Positions 28,389 through 37,549 of a stretch of 64,000 nucleotides of DNA are shown here, piece after piece. The stretch spans positions 15,419-79,418 of the forward strand of contig CAZHYS010000003.1 of assembly GCA_964536975.1 (NCBI GenBank). Reading direction: 5' to 3'. The position numbers were made by a program, and so were the translations under genes. Positions within the stretch are counted from its first letter, which is position 1; every line of letters begins with the position of its first letter. The notes beneath the pieces are model-generated. The model did not search any database and had not been told where the DNA came from. It saw nothing but the letters and a program-made list of their open reading frames with translations. This DNA comes from an uncultured Gammaproteobacteria bacterium (GTDB lineage Bacteria > Patescibacteriota > Patescibacteriia > 2-01-FULL-39-33).

Positions 28389-29732
28389 ATGATATCTTTT
28401 AATCTCAAAAACAATTCCCTCCGTGGCAAAACCGCCCTTTTGCTTTTGGCGGGGATTGTTTTTTTGTCATTTTTTTCTTTTTCCGTTTACAATCAATATT
28501 TTGCCGATACCATTAGCCGCTATGTTCCGGCCGAAGCGGCGTTTTATGTCCGCTTTAGCCTGCCGAAGATAAAGAGCCGGGCAGAACTGTCCGATTTGGC
28601 ATCGCGGACAGTCACTGAAGTCTTATCGCCGCAATTGACGGAAGATTATTTTGATATCTCGCCGGTCAAGAGAGAGTTAGCAATAGTCGGCGCGGTCGCA
28701 AATGGCGAAATTCATCCGGCGGTTATCATTCGGACTGATCGGCCGGGCAAGACAGAGGAGTTTTTCAAAGAGCGCGGGATTTCTTATAAATTTTTGGCTG
28801 GAAATTATCTGGTCGCCGCCAATCGGCCGGAAACATTGGATTTTTTTTCATCTGACCGGACAGATATCTCAGGATTAATCAAGAGCAAGTTTTCCCGTCG
28901 ATCGTCCGTCAATGTTTTTATTTCTTCTTCTGCCGGAAGCGAACTAATTAAGGACAGTTTTTCTTGGAACATATTTTTGGCTGGTTTGGATTTGTCCAGC
29001 GATATTTTTGCTAATGCTCGGGTAAAAGGCGGCCGGCTGGAAGCGACAATTATTGGCAAAGAAAGCGGTCGCGCTGACATTCCCGACAAAATTGGCGATT
29101 TTGATTTTGTTTTGTCCACGGGGGATTTTTCCGCTTTGGCCGACAAATTCTCCGCCCAATTATCATCTGTTTCTTCTGCCGCCGAAAACAATTGGGCGTG
29201 GTGGCGGGAGCGTTATTTCGGCGAAGCTGGCAAAGATGTTTTTGGCCGGCAGCTGGTTTTTGCCGCCGCTGGTACTGGCCGCGGTTCCGGTTGGCCGGTC
29301 AGTGATTTTGATTTTTGTCTTAACGTCTATTTTCCCGACGAGGCGGCGCTGGCAGCCAATTTGCCTATTTGGGAAGAGACGATCAAAAAAATCATCGCTG
29401 AGCGGTTTTTTTCCCGGCAGTCGGTTTGGCTGGATGACGGCACCAGAGTAGTGGAGTATAGGCCGCTTTATTCCCGGCTGGATTATGGCCAGGATGGAGA
29501 TCTCAAAATCATTTCCGCTACCTCTACCAGTGAAGAAATTAGTATTTTTTATGCTTCCGCCGGTCCGGTTTTACGCATTTCCAACAACAAATCTCTGTCC
29601 TGCGATAATTTAGGAGGCGATGGCGATTATATAAAATGGAACACGTCTTTGGCGCCGTTTTATCAGCCGTTTGATTTTCTCAATGCTTTTAAGCAGATAG
29701 AGGCATCAGGGGACAAAGTGATTTTTAGATAA
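28389..29732 (+). CDS. Hypothetical protein with N-terminal membrane anchor
   Basis: 447-aa ORF with a hydrophobic helix near the N-terminus. Confidence 0.65.
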   Translation: MISFNLKNNSLRGKTALLLLAGIVFLSFFSFSVYNQYFADTISRYVPAEAAFYVRFSLPKIKSRAELSDLASRTVTEVLSPQLTEDYFDISPVKRELAIVGAVANGEIHPAVIIRTDRPGKTEEFFKERGISYKFLAGNYLVAANRPETLDFFSSDRTDISGLIKSKFSRRSSVNVFISSSAGSELIKDSFSWNIFLAGLDLSSDIFANARVKGGRLEATIIGKESGRADIPDKIGDFDFVLSTGDFSALADKFSAQLSSVSSAAENNWAWWRERYFGEAGKDVFGRQLVFAAAGTGRGSGWPVSDFDFCLNVYFPDEAALAANLPIWEETIKKIIAERFFSRQSVWLDDGTRVVEYRPLYSRLDYGQDGDLKIISATSTSEEISIFYASAGPVLRISNNKSLSCDNLGGDGDYIKWNTSLAPFYQPFDFLNAFKQIEASGDKVIFR

Positions 29733-29873
29733 TTCTGCTAAATTTAGCGAAAAAATATTTTTTAATCAACATTGTGAATAATATGTTGATAACTTGACAA
29801 GAACAGTTTTTTATTTTGGTGGATAAGTTTGGAATAACTTTATTTTTTGTTTAAAATTAGCCGTTATTTCATA

Positions 29874-29902
29874 TTGACCAGGTATTTGGAAAATGCTATA
29901 AT
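29874..29902 (+). promoter_or_regulatory. Sigma70 promoter upstream of the structured leader
   Basis: TTGACC-17-TATAAT with extended -10 TG. Confidence 0.7.
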
Positions 29903-29999
29903 TAACATAGAAACGATAAAAACGCACCTTTAATCATCTGAAAAGTTGTCCTAAATGACCGTTTAAGACAGTTTTTCGCTTTTTACTATTCGCTTTATT

Positions 30000-30275
30000 C
30001 CCGGCGGGCGTGACTGCTTGCCGCCATTCCGAGGTTTGTCTCGGCCCAAAAAGAGAGCCTACAGCCGGCGCACAGTAGAAGGCAATAGTACCTTAGAATC
30101 TCTCCCGGTCAGAGAGATGCTTTCACTGGCGCGAGGTTGCGCGGATTTTTGCTTGCCGTTTTGGCGTTCAAAACGGCAGACAAACCGGTCTCGAGGCCTG
30201 TAGGCTCAAGAAGCCCACAATATTAATATACAAATATAAATATGGGGTGTACGCTTGAGCCTCTTTTGTTTTCTC
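30000..30275 (+). ncRNA. Candidate structured ncRNA or cis-regulatory leader, family not recognised
   Basis: Multiple stems, two potential pseudoknots and a terminator-like hairpin competing with the closing stem. Confidence 0.5.
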
Positions 30276-30378
30276 AAAAAATTTGTTATATTTAACTAAA
30301 CATAAATTTGCTTCATATAAGGAGGGCTCATTGCTGCGGCTTATAAAGGCCGCAGTCAAATTAATTTCTAACCATTTT

Positions 30379-30759
30379 ATGGACGAGAAAATTCTCCAAG
30401 AGCTGAAAAATCAGCTTGAAGAAAAAAAAGAAAGAATAATCGCCAACTTAGAAAGCATCGGCAATCGAGTGAAGGGCGATGACAACGATGAGATAAATTA
30501 CAACGCCGAGTTTCCCGATTACGGCGATTCCAGCGAGGACAGCGCGGTGGAAGTGGCTGATTATACCAAAAATTTGTCTTTTGAACGGGGGCTAGAAGGC
30601 GAATTGCGCGACGTGGAAGCGGCGCTCAAAAAAATAGCAGAAGGGGGATATGGTATTTGCAAGCACTGCGGCAAGCAGATAGAGCTGGAGCGATTGAAGA
30701 TCCGCCCCGAATCATCTTCTTGCGTCGCCTGCAAACAAGCGCTCAAGAATGGGGAATGA
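30379..30759 (+). CDS. DksA/TraR C4-type zinc-finger protein
   Basis: AALKKIAEGGYGICKHCG..IELERLKIRPESSSCVAC; start MDEKI. Confidence 0.9.
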   Translation: MDEKILQELKNQLEEKKERIIANLESIGNRVKGDDNDEINYNAEFPDYGDSSEDSAVEVADYTKNLSFERGLEGELRDVEAALKKIAEGGYGICKHCGKQIELERLKIRPESSSCVACKQALKNGE

Positions 30760-30845
30760 AATTCCCTCCCCTTTACAAGGGGAGGGAAGGGAGGGGTAAA
30801 ATAATGGAATAATATTTTCTTTTTTCAAGTGACAAAAAAGGATTT

Positions 30846-31331
30846 ATGAAGTTAATATATTTAAAAATTAATTCACTTAATGGTATAAAATTATTTTTCC
30901 TAAATCTGATTACTATTTTTTTATTTATCATTGACCGTTTGGCCAAAAAAATATTCTTCGCTAATCGCGAAGAGTATTTTATTTTCGGCGATTTTTTGCG
31001 GCTCAAGCTGGCGCTTAACTCCGGCATCGCTTTTGGCATCAGGTTGGATGCCATTGTCATCGCGATTTTTTATGTTGTTATTTTCTTGGTTTTGGTTTGG
31101 TTTTTGGCGGATGCCGTCAAAGAGCGACGGTATTTTGTGGTTTTTTGTCTTGGCCTCGTCATTGCCGGCGCTTTTTCCAACTTGCTTGATAGGTTATATG
31201 TCGGCCAAGTGATTGATTATATTGACGTCAAATATTTCAGTGTCTTCAACTTGGCGGACGCGATGATTGTTGGGGGAGTGATGGGGATTTTTGGGAAGGG
31301 TATTAATTTTAAGATTTTTAGTAAAAAGTAA
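30846..31331 (+). CDS. lspA: Lipoprotein signal peptidase
   Basis: NSGIAFG, GAFSNLLDRL..VIDYI, VFNLAD. Confidence 0.92.
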   Translation: MKLIYLKINSLNGIKLFFLNLITIFLFIIDRLAKKIFFANREEYFIFGDFLRLKLALNSGIAFGIRLDAIVIAIFYVVIFLVLVWFLADAVKERRYFVVFCLGLVIAGAFSNLLDRLYVGQVIDYIDVKYFSVFNLADAMIVGGVMGIFGKGINFKIFSKK

Positions 31332-31484
31332 TACTATTTTAATAACCTAAAGTGGGATGTCGTGTTTACTTATTAAATATGGTATAATAAAGACAATCGA
31401 GATAAATAGCATATAAATACATTAAAAGTGACAAGTTAAAATACATCATGGTAGAAAAGTAAGAATGATACTAAAACCTTTAAA

Positions 31485-32015
31485 ATGGATTGTATGAGTT
31501 CGATTTGTATTAGTTTGATTATAAGTACCTTATTAACTTGGGGGGTTGGATTATCAATTCCATTAATTCTCCGTTTTTTAGTTTTTAAAAAACCAGTCGG
31601 TAAGATAACCGCTGTCGGCATAGTTTTTCTTAATTGGTTTTTTGATTTATGTTTTTTTATTGCGATTGGCAGTGAAAGTAAGACACACGGAGCTTTATTT
31701 CTTGTAGCCCTTGTTTCTTATGGAATACTTCGCGGTAAAGATGGCGTGAATAAGGTATTAAAGAAAAAAGATAACGAAGAATCTAAACCCCAACCTTTTT
31801 TAGAAAATGTAAAACCGATTGGTTCTCCAGAAGAATACGAGGATAGCATTTACAAGAGTTTAAGGAGCTTGAAAGAAGGGCATAATAATAATGATCTTGA
31901 AAAAATGATAATTAAGAAAATAAAAAGGGATAGTATCGCCAATAATAACTCCTATTATTCGGAAGATTGGCAAATTCATTACGCTAAAGAAAGAATTATG
32001 GATAAATTAAAATAA
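31485..32015 (+). CDS. Low-GC hypothetical membrane protein
   Basis: Three hydrophobic N-terminal segments, AT-rich coding sequence. Confidence 0.6.
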   Translation: MDCMSSICISLIISTLLTWGVGLSIPLILRFLVFKKPVGKITAVGIVFLNWFFDLCFFIAIGSESKTHGALFLVALVSYGILRGKDGVNKVLKKKDNEESKPQPFLENVKPIGSPEEYEDSIYKSLRSLKEGHNNNDLEKMIIKKIKRDSIANNNSYYSEDWQIHYAKERIMDKLK

Positions 32016-32033
32016 TATAAATAATAACTTTTT

Positions 32034-33116
32034 ATGAAAAAATTATTTATTATCCCACTACTATTATTGGCCTTTAGCTTTAATGAGGCGAAAGCATTTG
32101 GTTCTTTTAAATTGATTGATTTTAAATTAGAAAAAACAGGAATGGTGGGGGTTCCTTTTAGTGAATATATAAATTATATTTATAGTGGTGACTATTATTC
32201 CAAAATTTCAGTCATCGGTGCAAAGATACCAAATGGTTTAACTCTCGGATCAATTAATTATGGAACAAATGGAGTGGATTCGGTTAAATTAAGTATAACA
32301 CCTAAAGAATCTGGAGTGTATCCTTTAACATTAATTTTAACTGATAATAATGGCGCTGTATTAAGCCAACCGTTTAATTTTACTGTTAGTGATAACTCTT
32401 ATAGTATAATTACAACCGCTTTGCCAAGCGCTATGACTGGAAAACAATATGATGGGGTTATTAAATTAAAATATTTTGGTTTAGATAATCCAGTAACTGT
32501 TATGTTAGATGGTGATGGATTGTCTAAATTATGTCTGTATCCTAGAACAACGGTGATTTCTACAGATTACTCGTCTGGTTTTCCAGAAGAGACCATAGAG
32601 GTGTCTTTTTCTGGTTTGCCATGTTCGGCAGGACAATATACGGTAACACTTTATGTTGGAGAGGAAAAAGCTAAAAAGTACACTCTTTATATAGAAAAAA
32701 ACCCCAGCATTGCAACGGGGGAGTCAGAAGAGTCTGCTACGGCCGGTGTAGACAGCACGGAGGTATCATTAAATGTTCGAGAAAGATTGATAAAAACAAA
32801 GGACAATCCAGCCGTATATTTATTAGAGAATGGAGCTAGGAGATTATTTGTTAATTTTGATACTTACTACAGTTGGTATGGAAATGATTTTTCTTCCGTT
32901 GAAGAAATAAGTCAAGATGAATTCGACGATTTATCTTTAGGTAAAAATGTGGTAGTAAAATCTAATAGCTATATTAAATTTGAAAACGGCAATTCGATAT
33001 ACCGTATTCAAGATGATGTAAATATTTGCAAAACTATTGAAACTCCGAATAATTTTTACTTAATACAGACAGCATTTGAAATGGATTACACTAGAACAGG
33101 AGACTGCTTAGAGTAA
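32034..33116 (+). CDS. Low-GC secreted protein with Ig-like repeats and a CPR-type C-terminal surface module
   Basis: Signal peptide; IPNGLTL and ITTALPSA..GKQY Ig-like motifs; LIKT.DNPAVY...RR.F....Y.SW motif. Confidence 0.65.
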   Translation: MKKLFIIPLLLLAFSFNEAKAFGSFKLIDFKLEKTGMVGVPFSEYINYIYSGDYYSKISVIGAKIPNGLTLGSINYGTNGVDSVKLSITPKESGVYPLTLILTDNNGAVLSQPFNFTVSDNSYSIITTALPSAMTGKQYDGVIKLKYFGLDNPVTVMLDGDGLSKLCLYPRTTVISTDYSSGFPEETIEVSFSGLPCSAGQYTVTLYVGEEKAKKYTLYIEKNPSIATGESEESATAGVDSTEVSLNVRERLIKTKDNPAVYLLENGARRLFVNFDTYYSWYGNDFSSVEEISQDEFDDLSLGKNVVVKSNSYIKFENGNSIYRIQDDVNICKTIETPNNFYLIQTAFEMDYTRTGDCLE

Positions 33117-33399
33117 GCCATATAAATAAGCCAGTATTAAATTCAGTCGCCAGTTTTTTATAAAGAATATTTATTTTATTTAATCATTCGTCTTTGTTGT
33201 CTTAAAATAGAATTAATACTTAACTAGACTAAAGATATTTAGATTTTATAAAAAAAGGAAATTGGTCGTCTATCTTAATAAAACAAGATTCCATAATAAC
33301 AATATAACCCCAAGCATTTGGGGTTATATTGTGTTAAAATTACCATAAGCTATTAGTTATTAGCAATTATCTATACGCCATAAGCCATAAGTTATTTCC

Positions 33400-34926
33400 A
33401 TGTCCTCCAAAATTTTTTCCGCGGCCATCATCGGTCTTGATTGCGAAGTGGTGGAAGTGGAAGCGGACAATTCGCCGCACGGCCAGCCCGGCATCCATAT
33501 CGTCGGTCTGCCGGACAAGGCAGTTGATGAGTCCAAGAGCCGGGTGTATAGCGCGGTTAGGAATTCCGGCTTGGAATTTCCGCGCGGCAATGTCACTGTC
33601 AATCTGGCGCCGGCCGATCTCAAAAAGGTCGGCACTTATTATGACTTGCCTATAGCCGTAGCTTGCCTTGAGCAAAGCAGTGAGGTTGACTTGACCGGCT
33701 GGCGGGAAAACAGCCTGTTTGTCGGCGAGTTGGCGCTGGGCGGCGACTTGCGGCCAATTGCCGGTGTTTTATCAATCGCTCTGATGTGCCGCCGCCGCGG
33801 AATCAAGAATATTTTTTTGCCGCGCGGCAATGCCGCCGAGGCGGGACTTGTCAAGGAGATAAATATCTACCCCTTGGACAACTTGCGGCAGCTATATCAG
33901 CATTTCAAAAGTATTGAGCCAATCGGCGAGTTTGTCGCCGGCGATTACTTTTCTGCCGCTGCCGATTTTTGCCCGGATTTTGACATGTCTTCCATCAAGG
34001 GACAAGAGCAGGCCAAGCGCGCTTTGGAAATCGCCGCCGCCGGCAGCCACAACATTCTGATGTCTGGCCCGCCCGGCTCGGGCAAAACCATGCTCGCCAA
34101 AGCAATGTCTTCAATTTTGCCGCGAATGACGATGGAAGAAAGCCTGGAAGTGACTAAGATTCACAGCGCCGCCGGCGTTTTGGCCAAAGATCAGCCGCTT
34201 ATCACCGATCGCCCGTTCCGTTCGCCTCATCACACCGCTTCGGCCATTGCCTTGGTCGGCGGCGGTTCGTGGCCGCGGCCGGGCGAAATCTCTTTGGCGC
34301 ATCGCGGCGTTCTGTTTCTGGATGAATTTTTGGAATTTCCGAAAACCGTTTTGGAAAACTTGCGTCAGCCGTTGGAAGACGGCATTGTGACTGTCTCGCG
34401 CGTTGCCGGCACGATCAGGTTTCCGGCTAAGTTTGTTCTGGTGGCGGCAATGAACCCGTGCCCTTGCGGTTATCTGTCCGATCCGGACAAGGAGTGTATT
34501 TGCAGTCAAAGCCAGGTAGTCAGTTATCAAAAAAAAGCATCCGGTCCGTTGCTTGATCGGATTGATATTCATATTGAAGTGCCGCGGCAGAGCTTTGACA
34601 AATTGGAGGCGACTGAAATCGGCGAATCATCGGCTGTCATCAGGGAGCGGGTGCAAAAGGCGAGAGATCGGCAGCTGTGGCGATTTGCCGAAGACAATAT
34701 TATTAACAATTCGGAAATGGGCAGCCGGCAGATTGAGAAGTATTGCCAACTGGACAATGATAGCCGCCAATTATTGCGGCAGGCCGTGGACAAGTTTCAT
34801 TTGTCGGCCAGGTCATTTCATCGGATTTTGAAATTGGCGCGGACCATTGCCGATTTGGCCGAGAGCGAAAAGATAATGACCGAACACTTGGCGGAGAGCT
34901 TGCAGTATCGGCCGAGAGTGGAGTAG
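33400..34926 (+). CDS. comM: ComM/YifB Mg-chelatase-like AAA+ ATPase
   Basis: IVGLPD, NLAPADLKK, GPPGSGKT, RPFRSPHH, GEISLAHRGVLFLDE, NPCPCG. Confidence 0.93.
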   Translation: MSSKIFSAAIIGLDCEVVEVEADNSPHGQPGIHIVGLPDKAVDESKSRVYSAVRNSGLEFPRGNVTVNLAPADLKKVGTYYDLPIAVACLEQSSEVDLTGWRENSLFVGELALGGDLRPIAGVLSIALMCRRRGIKNIFLPRGNAAEAGLVKEINIYPLDNLRQLYQHFKSIEPIGEFVAGDYFSAAADFCPDFDMSSIKGQEQAKRALEIAAAGSHNILMSGPPGSGKTMLAKAMSSILPRMTMEESLEVTKIHSAAGVLAKDQPLITDRPFRSPHHTASAIALVGGGSWPRPGEISLAHRGVLFLDEFLEFPKTVLENLRQPLEDGIVTVSRVAGTIRFPAKFVLVAAMNPCPCGYLSDPDKECICSQSQVVSYQKKASGPLLDRIDIHIEVPRQSFDKLEATEIGESSAVIRERVQKARDRQLWRFAEDNIINNSEMGSRQIEKYCQLDNDSRQLLRQAVDKFHLSARSFHRILKLARTIADLAESEKIMTEHLAESLQYRPRVE

Positions 34927-34934
34927 GATGGCTA

Positions 34935-35200
34935 GTTTATAAAGTTAGAAAGTTTTTAAAGTTTATAAAGTAAATATATTTTGTAATCAGTAATAGTAAT
35001 TCTATAAAAACACCCATTCTGAGCACTCGGGATGGGTGTTTATTAGTGTTCTATGTTTCGTGATTTATGTTTCGTGATTTCCCGAGTCGCGAGTTACGAG
35101 TTCCGTTACCGATTACCGATTACTGATTACCATCTTACAGATGGTTCGGCTTCGCTCACCACAAGCTTTATAGACTTTATGACTTTCGACTTTCGACTAT
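34935..35200. repeat. Intergenic block of 7-9 nt tandem arrays and palindromes
   Basis: tttataaag-type array, ttaccga/ttactga heptamers and gactttc array. Confidence 0.7.
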
Positions 35201-36510
35201 CTAATATAATTCAACGGATTGACGCGGCTGCCATTGATGCGGACTTCAAAGTGCAGGTGCGGGCCGGTTGATCGGCCGGTCGTACCCTCGGCCATAATCA
35301 CCTGGCCGCGGCTGACCTTGTCGCCGACCTTGACATAAATCTGGCTGGCGTGTCCATACAATGTCGTGGTGCCGCCGCCATGGTCAATTGTCACATTATA
35401 GCCATAGCCGGTCCTAAGATATTGGACGCGGGTGACAATACCATCTTCGGCGGCGTAAATCGGCTTGCCTTGGCCGCAAGCGATGTCCAAACCGGTGTGC
35501 AGCCAGCCGCGGTAGTATTGGGTGATGCGACGGCAAGAGCTCGGCCATTGCAGTTTGCTGCTGGAAACAGCTGCCGGAGCAGTATTGGTCGGCGCGCTGG
35601 CAACCGCCGGAGTGCTGTAAGTTCTCGGTTTGGCAGTATAGACGACGCGGCCTCCGGGCACCATAAGAATGTCCCCGACTACCAAAAGTTCGTCATCAAT
35701 ATTATTAAAATCCTTAATGGCGTCGGCAGTAGCCTCGTATTTTTGAGCAATAGCTTTGATGGTATCGCCTTTTTTGACTGTATGAATGACACCGGAGGTC
35801 GGCGGGATGATGAGTTTTTGTCCGGGTTTAATGTAAGAAGTGGACGACAAATTATTGGCCCACAAAATAGTATTGACAGAGATATTAAAACTGGTGGCAA
35901 TAGCTCCAATGGAGTCACCTTCTTTGACAATATATTCTTGAATGCTGGTTTTGGTGATTTTTGCCGCTTCAGTGCTGGCTAAATCCGGCTTGACCAAGGT
36001 ACTGCCGCCTTCGGTCATAGCCAATTCCGAGCCGTACTGACCCTGATAAATGTCGTCCTCATTCATCTGTGATTGCGACAATAGATCGCGCGAAAGATAT
36101 GAACTTTTTTCCAAATAGCTGTTGCCGGTGATTTCTTCTGACGCCATTGTTGAGTCTTCAATTATTTCCAGATTCTCCACGCCGACAAGATCATAGATTA
36201 GAGCGCCTTGGCCGTAATCCTCCTCGTTATTGCCATAAGCAAAGATATTGGAAGTGACGACAAACAGTGAAATAACGATGACAACGACATGGACAATGTA
36301 TCTATTGGAGAACAACAAAATGACTTTTTCCATTTGGCCGGAAGTCTTTTTGGCGATTTTGTTTTTTGTCAGCAGATAACGGCCGAAAAAGGGAATTATT
36401 ATCAGTCGGAAAAAGATTTTTGCGACAGACAAAAATGGGCCTTTAAACAGCTTTAAAAGGCGCCAAATCATTTTTGCCAAAAATTCCAAACCAGTGATGG
36501 TCAGCGTCAA
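35197..36510 (-). CDS. LysM x2 + M23 peptidase with N-terminal TM region
   Basis: Two LysM repeats (YIVKEGDS, HTVKKGDT); HTGLD, LYGH, STGPHLHFE. Confidence 0.92.
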   Translation of the reverse strand: MTLTITGLEFLAKMIWRLLKLFKGPFLSVAKIFFRLIIIPFFGRYLLTKNKIAKKTSGQMEKVILLFSNRYIVHVVVIVISLFVVTSNIFAYGNNEEDYGQGALIYDLVGVENLEIIEDSTMASEEITGNSYLEKSSYLSRDLLSQSQMNEDDIYQGQYGSELAMTEGGSTLVKPDLASTEAAKITKTSIQEYIVKEGDSIGAIATSFNISVNTILWANNLSSTSYIKPGQKLIIPPTSGVIHTVKKGDTIKAIAQKYEATADAIKDFNNIDDELLVVGDILMVPGGRVVYTAKPRTYSTPAVASAPTNTAPAAVSSSKLQWPSSCRRITQYYRGWLHTGLDIACGQGKPIYAAEDGIVTRVQYLRTGYGYNVTIDHGGGTTTLYGHASQIYVKVGDKVSRGQVIMAEGTTGRSTGPHLHFEVRINGSRVNPLNYIR

Positions 36511-36643
36511 AAACCGAATCGCGATTTTTCTAATAGATGATTTAATAATGGTGGTTTAAGTATTGAAACCTTGATTTTGATTATAAAATTATGAGGTTTT
36601 TTTGTCAATTGGTTTAAATGGCTTTTTGTGTTAAATTATTAAT

Positions 36644-37549
36644 ATGGATCAAGAAAAAATCAGCCAAAATATTATTCAGATAGTCTGCTATTTTGACCTG
36701 TTTGACTATCCTTTGACAGCAATAGAGATTCATAAGTGGCTGCCGGTCAAGGCGGGTTTGGCCGAGGTGGTCGCGGCTTTGAATTCATCCTGGTTTAATG
36801 GCAAAATTGATTGCCGCGACGGCCTGTATTTTCTTTTCGGTCGCCATGATTTGCCGGCCTTGCGCGGTCGCCGCTATCTCTTGGCTGAACGGAAATTCCG
36901 TCGGGCGATTTTTTTGGCAAAAATTTTTTCCCATTTTCCTTATATACGCGCGATCGCGATTTCCGGATCGCTTGCCTATTCCAATGCCCGGCCGGAGAGC
37001 GATATTGATTTATTCATCGTCGCCGCCAAGGGTCGGGCTTGGACGACGCGGTTTTTTGTCAATTCTTTTTTGTCTGTCTTCAATCTGCGGCCGCGTGGCG
37101 ACAATCGCCGCGACAAGATCTGCGCCAGTTTTTTTGTCGCCGCCGACGGGTTGGATTTGAGTTTTATCCGGCATTACCGCGAGGATATTCATTTTGCCTA
37201 TTGGCTGTCGCAGTTTGTTTTTTTGTTTGGCGATGAGGCCGGATTTTTTGCCGCCAATAGCTGGCTGGCCGATTGTTTGCCGAATTTTTATCCTTTCTCT
37301 CTTTCCGCCCGCCGCCGGCTTTCCGGTCGCGCTCTTAGTTGGGACTGGCTAGCCGCCTGGCTGCCAGAAAATTTTTTTCGCAAAATCCAATTGATTATTT
37401 TGCCTCGCCGATATTTGGCGCTCGCCGCCGCCGGCCAAGATGTGGTTTTGTCGGACCAAATGATCAAGATTCACACCGGCGCCAAGGGCCGGCAGGTGGC
37501 AGAAAGGTTAGCGCAAAAAATTGAATCAATTATAAAATCAAATGGATAA
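36644..37549 (+). CDS. Nucleotidyltransferase-domain protein
   Basis: ISGSLAY..ESDIDLFIV (GS..DxD motif). Confidence 0.75.
   Translation: MDQEKISQNIIQIVCYFDLFDYPLTAIEIHKWLPVKAGLAEVVAALNSSWFNGKIDCRDGLYFLFGRHDLPALRGRRYLLAERKFRRAIFLAKIFSHFPYIRAIAISGSLAYSNARPESDIDLFIVAAKGRAWTTRFFVNSFLSVFNLRPRGDNRRDKICASFFVAADGLDLSFIRHYREDIHFAYWLSQFVFLFGDEAGFFAANSWLADCLPNFYPFSLSARRRLSGRALSWDWLAAWLPENFFRKIQLIILPRRYLALAAAGQDVVLSDQMIKIHTGAKGRQVAERLAQKIESIIKSNG

Noticed and set aside
29760-29900. Replication origin
   Set aside because: Only one perfect DnaA box, no dnaA/dnaN, and no switch in gene strand here; kept only as a low-interest finding
30000-30275. tmRNA, RNase P, SRP, T-box or lysine riboswitch
   Set aside because: Their diagnostic motifs (tRNA-like ends, GAGGAAAGUCC, SRP helix 8, GGUGGNACCGCG, AGAGGNGC) were not found on either strand
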